The position numbers and the translations under genes are program-made. A DNA stretch of 64,000 bases from Blastocystis sp. Blastoise (Eukaryota; Protista; Bigyra: Opalinata). The notes beneath the pieces were generated by a model. It did no database searches. It was not told the origin of the DNA and saw only the letters and a list, made by a program, of their open reading frames with translations. Shown in pieces: positions 1-27,429 of the stretch (position 1 is its first letter; each line of letters starts with the position of its first letter). The stretch spans positions 372,001 to 436,000 of the forward strand of contig JBBPEB010000006.1 in assembly GCA_039096225.1 (NCBI GenBank), read 5' to 3'.

Positions 1-24
1 CCCTCTCTTATTTCCCTCCATTAG

Positions 25-1142
25 GTATGCTACTGAAGGTCGCGGTATGGTGGGGGACTCCCTCTCGTCTCAGCGCGCTTCTAGTGGCGGCAACGACATC
101 TATAATATTAAACAAAGAGCTGATCTTGCAGATATTATTGTATACGATTATTATTATTATTTATTTATTATTCTATTTATTCTATTTATTATTATATTTA
201 TTCTATTTATTATTCTATTTATTCTATTTATTATTATATTTATTCTATTTACTACTTTATATATTCAATTAATAAATTCTCTTATTAATTATTATGTCTC
301 TATATACCAATTCTATATAGAATAAGAACCTAGGTCACGGTGACACTCCTGACTTCATTACTGTTCGTGGCACCATCGCTTTCTTTAAAGTAGATTCAAC
401 CATGTGGTATCCATCATGTCCTAAGTACATATATAATGCTATTATTGTTATTATTATTATACTTATTATTATTATTATTATTATTATTAATTTTTTTTTT
501 TTTTTTTCTTTATTATTATTATTATTATTATATTTGTTATATTTATTATACTTATACTTATGATGAATATGTTTATATATAATATTAATTATATAGTTTA
601 CTCTCTATATATATAGTACTTTAGAGAATGGTAAGTTATGTCAAAAGAAGTTGATCGAAGAACCAGGAGTAGGATGGAGATGTGAACGATGTGAAAGGTA
701 TATATATATATATTTATATATACTACTATATATATATATATATATATATGCTACTATATATTTATTATTATGATATTATTTACATATTCTATTTCTTTAT
801 TTATATATATAATCTATCCTCTATGTATATTTTATATTCTGAATGTATACATACTTATATATATATATAGAACTTATCCAAGTCCAGAATACCGTTATGT
901 ATTCTCCAGTAGAGTCAGTGACGCGTCCTCCGCCTATTGGGTCACCTTCTTTAATGACCAAGGCAACGTCATCTTTGGTCGTCCCGCGGGGGAAATGATG
1001 CAGTTACAACAAACAAATCCTGATGAGTTTGGACGTGCTGTTCAAAGTAAATTATTTACTGAATATATAATGAAACTAAGAGTTAAGGTATGTATATATA
1101 TAGATAGATATATAGATTATTATATTGTTAATACATTATATA

Positions 1143-1173
<31 letters not shown>

Positions 1174-1243
1174 GGCTGATATGAGTAATGGTAATGAATA
1201 TCTTCGTGCAGCCTGCTCTGCTATCTATCCTGTCGATTACTTA

Positions 1244-1279
<36 letters not shown>

Positions 1280-1358
1280 TTTATAATATTATATATTTAA
1301 TATATTCTATATATAGGAATCAAAAGGTCTTATTGAATTTATTGATTCCTTTGAATAA
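25..1358 (+). CDS. RPA1: Replication protein A 70 kDa subunit, C-terminal part (5' end lies outside the window); 6 exons visible
   Basis: Spliced GT-AG exons read NKNLGHGDTPDFITVRGTIAFFK...WYPSCP...LCQKKL...GWRCERCE.TYPSPEYRY...WVTFFND, the RPA1 C-terminal OB fold with C4 zinc ribbon; stop TAA at 1356-1358. Confidence 0.9.
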
Positions 1359-1645
1359 ATAATTCGTTCATTTTGTATTTCAATACTCTATTTAATACAT
1401 TATATTACTTCTTTTGGTTATTTATTTTCATTTTTTCTTTTGAATAACCATATATATATAATGACATTTATGATATTCTTAGAGTGTTTTGTTATGAATC
1501 ATACGTCTCTTGGATTCTTATTTATTAGATTATCTAGTCATACATATAATTTTTAAAAATCAACAAATAACAACTATTCATATATTTTTTTATTGATGTC
1601 AATACAAATATTAATATATTCTTATAATAAAATATAATCCTGGAT

Positions 1646-5641
<3,996 letters not shown>

Positions 5642-6580
5642 ATCTATGATAAATAGGATTAAAAAGATGAATTTTGAGTTATAAAATACAATACTCTTCT
5701 CAAAAAACAAAAAAATATCATAAAGAACTTATTATTGATTAATTTTGAATTTCTATTGTAATCCGTTTCTTTCCCGTGGATTGAAGTTTAAAATTGTTTT
5801 GCCTCGAAAACATCGGGGAATTCTTTATTTTTGTGAAATATATGTTGTATTAATCTTTATTAATATTCAATACCTTTTTTAAAATTGAAAGCGGATGTTT
5901 ATACAAATAAAAAACAATCAATTCTCAATCAATGAATGAGAAACACAATTCCAAACCATTCAAATATTTCCTTTAAAAAAATATGTGTATAAAAATTCTC
6001 AACAATACGACAACTTGAAAATTAAACAAGTTAAACATGTTTTTAAGAATTGAAACTATTTGACTTTTTTTGGATTTTATTATCTATCACAAAGAATGTA
6101 GAATGAAAACAAACGTTCACGTATTTTAAAATTAATGATTAAATAAACAACGTCGTCCTGCCCTCTGCTGTAATGAATAAAACAAAGAACAAGCCTTTTT
6201 CTGATCTTTGAGACTTTTAAATGATTGGGTCATTCGGAAGACTCATGTTTCTTGGAAATGGCTTGATCTTTGGATATAAAAAAATTCCCAGTATTATTAT
6301 CAAATTTTCGGTATTTTTTAGAGAATCTTCCATATTTTGATGACCATTCATTTCTGTGGCGGTCGTGTTTTTGTCCAATAATCTGTTTAACACAAATGTC
6401 GTCGCATACTTATCGAGATTGTATAGTGATCACTAAGTATATACTTTTTCTATGGGCAACAATTGAATTTCAATCAAAGATCCTTGATATAACGCAACTT
6501 TTATCTCACACTGTACATATTTTCATAAGTAATTTTATAATCTTTTTATTATCTATTTTAAATTAAGTTTTACTCAAATC

Positions 6581-9500
6581 ATGAGTCAACCTGTATTTAA
6601 TAATAATAACAATTTAGAACCGGCTCCTATGCCTTCTGAAAACATTGAACCTGCACCTATTGGTGTAGACCAATCTAATGTTCAACCTACTGCTGCTCCT
6701 GAAGTTGAACCTGTTCCTGCTCCTATTGCTGAACCTGCTGTAGCTCCTATAGCTCCTATAGCTCCTGAACCTGTAGCTGCTCCTACTCCTGAGCCCATTC
6801 CTGCTCCTGTAGCTGCCCCAGTTCCCGCTCCTATTCCTGCTCCTGTAGCTGCCCCCGCTCCTGCCCCAGTTCCTGCTCCTGCTGATCCTAATGGTTCTGC
6901 TCCTAAGGCTGTTGAATTAACTGGAATCTCTGTTAATGAAACTACTCAAGTATGTATAGACATTTAATATTTTTTTTATAATGCTTATTTCTCTTTTTAT
7001 TGATTCTAAATAATCATATTTTAAAACAATGAATATTTAATATATATTTATATATAGAGTACTTCTAAATACTGTTGGGGTCCTAAAGAATTAGGTGCTC
7101 CTCAAGCTGATATAAAGGATTCTTTATTTGATTGGCAATTAGAAAATAAGGGTGCTAAGACTCTTGATGCTTTTGGTGGTGTTAAGGGACTTGCTGCTTG
7201 TTTCGGTACTAATTTAGAAAAGGGTTTAACTGATGAAGAAGCTGAAGATGAAGAACGTGCTGAAGTCTATGGAACTAACAGAACTGTTGAAAAGAAGAGT
7301 GCTACTTATTGGGAAATCGTTTGGGATGCCCTTCAAGATGTTACTTTAATTATTCTTATTGTTGCTGCCGTTGTTTCTATGATTCTTGGTGTTATAACTG
7401 AAGGTTGGGGTAGTGGTTGGATTGATGGTGCTGCTATTTTACTTGCTGTCGTTATTGTTGTTAATGTTACTGCTATTAATGATTTACAAAAGGATAAACA
7501 ATTCAGAGCTCTTAATGCTATTAATAATAGAAAGTTAATTAATGTTATTCGTAATGGTATTCAAAGTCAAGTAGTTGTTGATGATCTTGTTGTTGGTGAT
7601 ATTGTATGTGTTGGTGCTGGTGATACTATACCTGCTGATGGTATCTTTATTTCTGGTAATCATGTTAAGATGGATGAATCTAAATTAACTGGTGAAAGTG
7701 ATCAAGTCGCTAAGAGTATTAAAAATCCTTTTATTGTTTCTTCTTCTGAATGCCATGAAGGTTCTTTCTTAATGCTTGTTGTTGCTGTTGGTCAAAATTC
7801 TGTTTTTGGTCGTATGAGATCTATGATTGAAGGTGAAGAAGAAGAAAATACTCCTCTTCAAGTTAAGTTAAGTATCTTATCTACTCAAATTTCTGTATTA
7901 GGTGCTGTTGTTGGTGTTCTTACTGTTGTTGTTATGCTTATTCTTCATCTTATTGAATATTTCAATGGTAATGGTACTGTTGATGCTGAAGGTAATCCTG
8001 CTTGGACTACTGATAATTGGAGTTCTCTTGTTGATTACTTTATTACTGGTGTTACTATTTTAGTCGTTGCTATTCCTGAAGGTTTACCTCTTGCTGTTAC
8101 AATTGCTCTTGCTTATTCTGTTAAGAGAATGATGAAAGATAATAACCTTGTTCGTCACTTAGCTGCTTGTGAAACTATGGGAGGTGCTAATACTATTTGT
8201 TCTGATAAGACTGGTACTCTTACTCAAGGTAAGATGACTGTTGTTCAAGGATGGTCTTATAAAGAAGGTGAAGAAACTAAATTATTAAGTGAATTAAAAT
8301 CTGGTTCTTCTGATGAATATAATGCTTTCTTAGAAAAATGTAAGACTATTAGTAAACCTACTTTTGATCTTTTACTTAATGATGGCATCTTAAATAATGA
8401 AGGTTTCCTTACTGTTGATGAAGATGGTAGAGAAAAAGGTGTTGGTGGTGCTCTTGATATTGCTTTATTAAATTGGTGTAATCGTATGGGATTCAAATAT
8501 AGTGAAATTCGTGATCAATATCCTACCTTAAAAGAAAATTGTGGTCCTAATGATGTTGGTATTATTAAGAATTATCCTTTCCATTCTAATAGAAAGAGAG
8601 CTTCTGTACTTGTTCGTTTACCTAATGGTAAATATAGACTTTATGTTAAGGGTGCTCCTGAAATGGTTATTCGTATTTGTGATAAATTAACTTATGGTGA
8701 AGGTCAAATTAAAGATTTAACTGGTGATTTCCAAGAACAATCTGGTAAAGTATTAGGTTCTGGTTCTAGAAAGAATATTGTTGAAAATTGTATTTATCCT
8801 ATGGCTAAACAAGCTCTTCGTGTTTTAGCTTTTGCTTATAGAGATTTTGATGCTCCTGAAGATTGGGATGCTACTTGTGTATTTAAGACTGAAGAACAAA
8901 AGGGTGTTGGTGATTGTCCTATTATTGAACAACATCTTACTCTTATTGGTTTATTAGGTTTCCAAGATCCTGTTCGTCCTGAAGTTCCTGAAGCTGTTAA
9001 GAGTTGTCAAGGTGCTGGTATTTTTGTTCGTATGGTTACTGGTGATAATATGGAAACTGCTAAGGCTATTGCTAAACAATGTAATATTTATCATAATGAA
9101 CCTTGGAAAGATCCTCGTGGTACTATGCATCCTGCTGGTCGTGCTATTCTTGGTTCTCAATTCCGTGAAGTTGTTGGTGGTTTAGTTTTACCTCCTCATT
9201 TCTATCATGAATGTAAATGTTGTGATTGTTCTAATGATCCTCTGTTTATTAAAGATTATGAAACTCCTGCTTATCCTGAACATTTTGGTTATCCTTCTAT
9301 GGTAAATCATAAGACTCATTTATGTAATGATTGGACTCATGAAGCTGTTGAATCTAGAGGTGAAGGTAAGAGAGCTTGTACTCAAGAATGTAAAGAAAGA
9401 GGTTGTATGTATAGATTAAAGAATCAAAAAGATGAACGTGAATTACAAAGTTATTATGTTGTTAAGAATCAAGGTCAATTTGAACAATTTGTTGATACTC

Positions 9501-10555
9501 TTCAAGTTATGGCTCGTTCTGCTCCTACTGATAAACATCTTTTAGTTACTGGTTTAATGGAAAGAGGTCAAGTTGTAGCTGTTACTGGTGATGGTACTAA
9601 TGATGGTCCTGCTTTAGCTAAATCTAATGTTGGTTTTGCTATGGGTATTGCTGGTACTTCTGTTGCTAAGGATGCTTCTGATATTGTTCTTATGGATGAT
9701 AATTTCACTTCTATTGTTAAAGCTGTTATGTGGGGTAGAAATGTTTATGATTCTATTCGTAAATTCTTACAATTCCAACTTACTGTTAATGTTGTTGCTT
9801 TAGTTCTTGCTTTCTCTTCTGCTTGTATTCTTAAAGAATCTCCTCTTACTGCTGTTCAATTATTATGGGTTAATTTAATTATGGATACTTTTGCTGCTTT
9901 AGCTCTTGCTACTGAATTACCTACTCCTAAACTTTTAGATAGAGTTCCTTATACTAAGAAAGAATCACTTATTTCTAAACTTATGTTGAGAAATATTTTA
10001 GGTCAATCTTTCTTCCAACTTATTGTATTATTCTTCTTAACTTATGAAGGTCATGTACTTTTCAATGTTCCTATTGGTAGTCGTTTAGGTTATGGTGCTG
10101 ATAATACTAAGCATTTATCTATGGTTTTCAATACTTTTGTCTTTATGCAAGTTTTCAATGAATTCAATTCTAGAAAAATTAATAATGAATGGAATATTTT
10201 CGAAAATATCTTTACTTCTGGTATGTTCTGGTTTGTTATTGTTATTACTGTTGTCTTACAAATTGTTATTGTTGAATGGGCTGGTCCTATTATGAATACT
10301 ACTACTTTAACTGTTATTCAATATTTAATTAGTGTTGCTATTGGTGCTGTATCTCTTGTTATGTGCCAATTATTCCGTATTATTCCTGGCTCTTGGTTCC
10401 TTGATCTTGGTAGTTCTTCTTCTACTGATGCTCAAGATAATCCTTGGACTAAATTACGTGCTAAGAACCGACTTTCTTCTGCTACTCTCAAGAGTGTTAC
10501 TTCTACCCAATATGAAGATACTGCTCATTTAAAGAGAATTTTCACTCGTAGCTAA
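6581..10555 (+). CDS. P-type IIB (PMCA-like) Ca2+-transporting ATPase; one intron at about 6950-7057
   Basis: DESKLTGES, VAIPEGLPLAVT, ICSDKTGTLT, KGAPE, MVTGDN, VTGDGTNDGPAL and QLLWVNLIMDT; Pro/Ala-rich exon 1 joins in frame via GT-AG. Confidence 0.95.
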
Positions 10556-11126
10556 ACCTTTTGATTCTTTTGTTTTATATAATATATTACTTTCTATATA
10601 TATAATATTTATATTAATTATATCTATATTATTTTATATATATTTATAATTTTTATAATGTAGACTAAAAATTATCTCTTATCTTTTGAATGAGAAAACT
10701 TTTGATTTTGTTTTGATTTAAAATAGAAAAATATTTGTGTTTTGTTTTTAATTTTTTTTTGTTCAATATTTAACAAGATAATATATATATGTTTTGATGA
10801 GTATACAATTGTTTATTGACAATGACTAATATATATGTTTATGTTTCACTACTATTTATAAAAGAAAAATGAACAATAGAGTAAACAAAACATCATTATT
10901 TTTTTTCAGTTTTTCAATTAATTAATAAAAGAAACGAGCATACAACAAAATGCTGTAATAAAAATATAAAAAGATTTAAAACATAGCAGACAAAATACAT
11001 CTAACGTGAATGCTCGGATTCATTTTACAATAATACAGAGAAAAGAAAACTATTTAGTAATGTTTTGATTTTTAAATATATAAAAGAAAATATGAAAAGG
11101 ACCCCAGTTAAAAGTACTAATTCAAT

Positions 11127-12686
11127 TTAAATTAATTCAGCAATATCACTAGGCATTTCTTCAATAGTAGTGTTATAGAATTTTTCAATATCACTAATTA
11201 ATTCCTTATCGTTTTTAGTGACAAAGTTAATAGCTGTTCCTTTACGACCAAAACGACCAGAACGACCAATACGATGAATATAGTTTTCTCTGTTAGCAGG
11301 GAGATCAAAGTTAATAACAAGAGAAACTTGTTGAACATCAATACCACGAGCTAATAAATCGGTAGTAATTAAAACACGAGTACAACCAGTTCTGAATTCC
11401 TTCATAATAACACTTCTTTCATTTTGTTCCATATCACCATGAATAGCAGAAACAGTAAAATCACGTTCTTGCATTCTCTTAGTTAACCAATCGACCTTTC
11501 GTCTAGTATTACAATAAATCATAGCTTGAGCAATAGTTAAAGTTTCGTATAAATCACAAAGAGTATCAAATTTCCATGATTCTTTATCAACCATGACATA
11601 GAATTGTTTAATACCTTCAAGAGTTAATTCATCTCTCTTAACTAAAATACGGACAGGATCTCTCATGAACTTAGTAGTAACTTCTAAGACATCAGCAGGC
11701 ATAGTAGCAGAGAAAAGAGCAACTTGAATAAATAAATTAAGATCATATATTTAATAATAATTAGTTATATTAAAAAGAAATAATAATAATAAAATTAATA
11801 AAATAAAAATATTAAATACTTGAATGTTAGAATTGAAATTACGGAAAACTTCATAAATTTGTTCTTTGAAACCACGGGATAACATTTCATCGGCTTCATC
11901 TAAGCAGAATAAAATACAATGAGAAAGATCAAAAGCACTATATAATATTGGATTTTAGAAATATATATATAATAATAAATAAAAATAGTTTAAATAAACA
12001 AAAATATTGTAATTAAATAAAAATATATAAAAATAAATATATACCCACGACTGACCATATCATTGACACGACCAGGAGTACCAATAACAATTTGGACACC
12101 TTGAGAAAGTTTAGCAACATCTTCAGCAATAGCAGTACCACCTACGCAACAATGCATAGTGACTTCCATATATTCAGAAAGAGCTTCGTTGACTTGTATG
12201 AAAATAAATAGAATAAATAAATAATGATTTCTTCAAAATAAAATAAAAATTAAGGAAAAATATATATATAAATATATATATATATATACTTTGTAAATTT
12301 GTTGAGCTAATTCACGAGTAGGAGCTAAGACAAGAGCTTGACAGAACTTTTCTTTAGGATTAATCTTTTGAAGCATAGCAATGGAGAAAGTAGCAGTTTT
12401 ACCAGTACCAGATTGGGCTTGAGCAATAGTATCTCTACCTTCTAAGATAGGTAAAATGGCTTTTTGTTGAATAGCGGAAGGTTTTTCAAAACCATAAGCG
12501 TAGATACCACGAAGTAAATCGTCGTTAAGATGTAATTCATCAAAACTATTTACTTCTTTATCCCAGTTGGATTCGACTTCGAGTTCAACAGGATTATTAA
12601 CTATACAAAAAGATCATAGAGAAAGTCACCATAGTGAAATTGAAATGTATAGCATGTGTTCTATATATACCTTGTTCGTCTGCCAT
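11127..12686 (-). CDS. EIF4A: Translation initiation factor eIF4A (DEAD-box helicase), 5 exons
   Basis: [53 protein letters not shown] and [15 protein letters not shown]; two introns end in AA instead of AG. Confidence 0.95.
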
Positions 12687-13544
12687 ATTTTATATTCTTT
12701 ATTAATTAAAAAATTAGAAAAACTTTTCTTTTATTGTGGTGTTAGAATGATGTGAGCAGTCTAGTTATCCATTCGATATATAAATTCCATAGAAAAAACA
12801 CAACAGAATATCATTTCTCATTCTTACTCTGTAATAATACTAGAAAAGCCTACGGTTGTTTATATAAAATTCTGTCGTGAGTTCTTTTTACAGCAACAGA
12901 TATGATTCTCATTCGCTTAATTGCTTCGAATAGATCCAGATTCCAATCAAAATTGATTCAATATAATTATGGGAATTTTCACTTTTTACAAGATTAATTG
13001 ATTTTATTCTTATTCTTTAATTTTCGTATAATGGAATGGACTTTTATGCACTATATACTTTACAATCAATAAAACAAGAGTGACAGCATATAAAATCATA
13101 AAGTATTTTAGAAATTACAATCATTTTTTTAAATAATCAAAGTCATTTATTGTCTTTTTATCAATATAACTTATTTTCCGTGAGCTACTATTTTGGAGAA
13201 TGATATTTTATTTAAAAAAAATTATTTAAAAAAGATTTTGCTCATTTATAAAGAGAAATAATCATGTTATGAATAGTACAAACAAAGCATAAGTAAATAG
13301 GAAATACGTTCATACAAATAAATAACAAAAATAAATAAATATAGATATATTGGAGAAAAATATATAGAAACATGGTCAAAGTCTCTAATAAAGTATTCTA
13401 TCTTGAATTGAAAAAGATAACATAAAATATATTTAATAATATTCAATATATAATTATTAGAAAAGAGAAAGATAACAATAAATCAATAAATACATCAAAG
13501 GAAGAATTTAAAACAAAAAAAAACAAAAATACTTATTTTTCTAT

Positions 13545-17500
<3,956 letters not shown>

Positions 17501-18127
17501 AATGTTGATTTATAATCAATTTAACAATCAATTCTTAGTTGACCAGAAACTTTTTTTGGTAACTGTGGTTTTTTATTTTCCCATGAATATTGAGTACATT
17601 TGGAATATTATAATTTTATTGATGATTTGCATACTATTATGATGTATAAAAAATTATATTGCATTATTTTATAATTAGAAAACAATCTGAATCATGATGA
17701 AAATACTTGGTAACGTGGATTCAATTTTATTCATAATCAGTGATCACTTATTTATTGTTTTATTCTATATTTAAAATGACTGACATACAAACAATAATAA
17801 AAATACTGGATAATATTCATAAATAATTTTTTTCTGATCCATCTTCTTTTTGAATAATGTGCATTTTATATCATTACTTATTTTTAACAACATTTGTATT
17901 ACTAAAAAATACAAAATTTGCTTGTTAAAGAATAATGAATATAAAAAATGATACATCAGTGTTGAGTGATTCGTTCAGTTTGAATGTCATTGCTATTTTA
18001 AGGATAAATCACACCTAATTCTCTTTTTTTCTCTATTTAAAAAGATTATATAAGATAAAAAAACACTGAAACAATATTTATAAATAAAAAACCAGGAAAT
18101 ATTTTTGTTTTGGTTATTTAAAAATAA

Positions 18128-19817
18128 ATGAGTGTTGAGAAGAGTATTGATTTGATTTCTATGCATGACAACATTATAAATAATGTTGAGAATGCTAGAG
18201 AAGTCATATCTACATTGAAGTCTACCATTCAAGATATGTATGATGAAAAGAATGTATATAAAATGAAAATAAATAGCTTGAATATATGCAACTCATGATA
18301 CTATATATATAGATAATAAATAATGCTAATGGAAAGAATATGGTTGATGAGGATGGACTTTCTGTTATTGAAGAAAATCAATTGACTATTGATACTCAAA
18401 TCTGTGAATGTCATGTGATGATGTTACAATTAAAAGAGTTTACGAGAAATGTATATTCGAGCATAACAAACTTTTCAACTCAAGTTGAAGCTGTAAAACA
18501 AAAAACAGAAGCTGATTTGATCCGTTTAAATAAAGCAGAATATGAATTCCAATGTATGAATAAAGCTATGAAACAAATATTATCTTATGAGTATATGTGT
18601 ATTGTTAAATCATTATTTTTTTATTTTATTACATGAATTTTAAACAATAATTTTTATTATTTATATACCTATATTATTTAGAAAGCCTGAATTTAATAAG
18701 ATAAAGTTATTAAAAGGTGAAGAATATAGCGATTTAATAAATGTTGAAGAAGAACAACAACAATTAGATTTGTTAAAATTATATCCAAATAAAAATAAAG
18801 ATCTTAAGAAAAAGAATTCTACAAAAATAAAAGAGGAACAGAACATTTCTGTATCTATAGATAAGAAATCTGAAAAGAATTTTGAAAAAGAAGAAGAAGA
18901 AAAGCCTAAAGATTTATCTATAAAGAAAGAAAGCAAAGAAGAAGAAAAATCGAAAGATTTATCTATAAAGAATGAAAGAAAAGAAGAAGAAAAGTCTAAA
19001 GACTTATCTATAAAGAAAGAATCTATAGATTCCAAAGAAAAACTTTCCGTGAAAGAAGAAAATAATCAAGAAGAAGAAACTATAAATAGAGATACTAATA
19101 AAGATATAGAGATAGAAATAGAAGAAGAAATCCAACCAGAAATGAAACGAGACAATGAACATTCCGTTAAACGAAAACTTGCTTGTGAAATGATATTAAG
19201 AAAAAGGTATCTATATTTATTTGATTATATAGAAAATATTAATTATATAAGAATGCTATTATAATATTATTATACATATACATTATATATTTCATTTATA
19301 AAATGTAATAAAAATCATATTTTTAACTGTAGATAATGATATAAATATATATATATAATTTATTCTTATATAAATATTTACATTTTATTATAATTATATA
19401 TAATTATATATATATATAGATATGAACATGAACTATTAGATTTAAAGAAAATTTATAAAGAGAAACAAGAAATACTAAAATCGAAACAATCATTTAAAAC
19501 AAATTTAATTGAGAAAGACTTACTACCTATTCAACAAGTATATATATAATACAAAATTAAAATATATTATTTTATATATTATTTTATATATTATTTTATA
19601 TATTATTTTATATATTATTTTATATATTATTCTATATATCATTTTATATATTATTCTATATATCATTTTATACAGTTCTATATGTTATCTCTTATCAAAT
19701 TAGATATATATTATTTTACTTTACAACGATATATTCTAATGTTTATCTATATACCTACATTCTTTATAGAAACTTCAGACTATTCAAGAACAAATTAATA
19801 AACAACTGGAATCATAA
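18128..19817 (+). CDS. THO complex subunit 5 (FMIP/THOC5)-like protein, N-terminal domain only, 5 exons
   Basis: Spliced product includes LQLKEFTR...KQKTEADLIRLNKAEYE...and EHSVKRKLACEMILRKRY, which resembles the THOC5 N-terminal coiled-coil pattern (recognised from memory, not searched). Confidence 0.6.
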
Positions 19818-21489
19818 GGTTTTTATTATAAAACTAACATCCCATTTATTAAATATTAATTTATATTATTTCTTATCTCTCTATTATAAAGAGAAAACAC
19901 TATTCACTTTTCTGTTTGCTACTTATATAAATGTAAAACGTTTTTTTCTACTTTTTTATTGTTTTTTTTTAAAGAAATTCATATTATACAGTAGAATGAT
20001 ACATTTGTATGATTTATACACGTTGAGCATATTTTGTAATACTTTTTATACCATAAAACTTTAACTACATGAAAATCATTTTGCCGATTCATGTTACCAA
20101 TTTCGGTACAAAAATTTTTAAAGTTTTTTATTCTTTTCGTACCTATTGTATTATGATACAGCATAGATAGGAAAAGCTAATAATCACAAAATAAAAAATT
20201 AAATCACATTTGTAACCCATTGTTCAGGTGCATTAGAAAACAAAGTGACGGGATCTATTAAAGCCGAAAGACAATGAATTCCCAATATCAAATCATTATC
20301 ACCAAAATATGAATGGAAACCTAAACTCAATAAAACACCAAAAAAGATACTTTGGACAAATCCAATATTTGATCGTGAAACTCTATTTGTACTAAAGACT
20401 TTTTTTTCTATTTTTTCTATTTTGAACTTATGAACAATCATATTGGTAATGGCTTGTCGCCTTCAGTTATGAAAGGAAGAACGTTATGCGTAAAAATATT
20501 TTTCGGTGTTCTTTCATCTTTTATCTTTTTTATTACAAGTTAACAAAAAATACAGAAACACTTATTCCTTACTTAGAATTGATATTACTATCTTTACAGT
20601 AAATTCCTTTGTATTTTCACGATGATTTATTTAGACAAAAGTGAATCGATGAAAGGAACATTACAAATATACGACTGAAACATTTTTGAATAAGAACTGG
20701 CAAACTCTTCTATAGTTTAAAGGACTTCTTTGGAAATAGATTTAAACCAAAGCAACACAAATGTTGAATGAGATGTGATGAGATGTGACGGATTGTTCTT
20801 CTATACGAATGGAGAGAAACTATGGAAAATCATAAATTTAAATATTTGAATTTCTACTGTAAATTAGGAGCAGTTTGAAAGTCTTTAGATGAACAGTATT
20901 TTGACAGTATTTGATTGGTCTAAAAACCAAATTTATCCAATAGATTAGTTGAAGCTTTCAGTAAAAATATGCTTTTTCTACAGTCAAAATTATTTTTTTA
21001 TTGTTTCATAAAAATGTAAAATTAAAAGTAAATTTGTTATCTTTCTGGTTTATCTCATTGATGGTGTCACGTATAACTAATTATTAGTATGCTATATACA
21101 CATTAATCCAAGTGAAGGTTTGTCTTTTTTATAATAAATAAATTTATAAAAAGATAAGTAATGTCCGTACTTGTTCATATTGTCAGTGAAACTAAAAATC
21201 GAATATATTGTTTAAAATTAGTACTCTTTATATAAAAAAAACATCTGTTTCGGTTTAATCACTTGTTTCCAAAATTTTCTCAGTTGCCCATGGAATCACA
21301 TGGGGATTGTTGCGGGAATTGAAATGTTCCGTGTTTTTTTGCAATATTTTCAGTGAAGAAGTACAGATAATCATGGGAATAAATGCATTATCCTCAATGC
21401 TACTACCATTTCGTTTGTAATTGAGAAGCCATATAAATCTTTCAAAGAATTGTTCTTTTGTTATATATTCTTAATAATTCGTTACTAAT

Positions 21490-27429
<5,940 letters not shown>

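Noticed and set aside
8257-10532. Antisense and alternate-frame ORFs overlapping PMCA (also INO1, ROK, legumain)
   Set aside because: Shadow ORFs produced by strong NNT codon bias.
12870-12882. TTCTGTCGTGAGT resembling the 5' part of U11 snRNA as I recall it
   Set aside because: The 5' AAAGGG splice-site-pairing sequence, downstream stems and a clear Sm site are missing; probably a chance match. A covariance-model search would settle it.
19979-20441. Short minus-strand ORFs in the 1.7-kb gap between THOC5-like and KH genes (similar ones at 38362-39742)
   Set aside because: No recognisable motifs, splice pattern or codon bias; treated as intergenic/promoter DNA, though an ncRNA cannot be excluded by eye.
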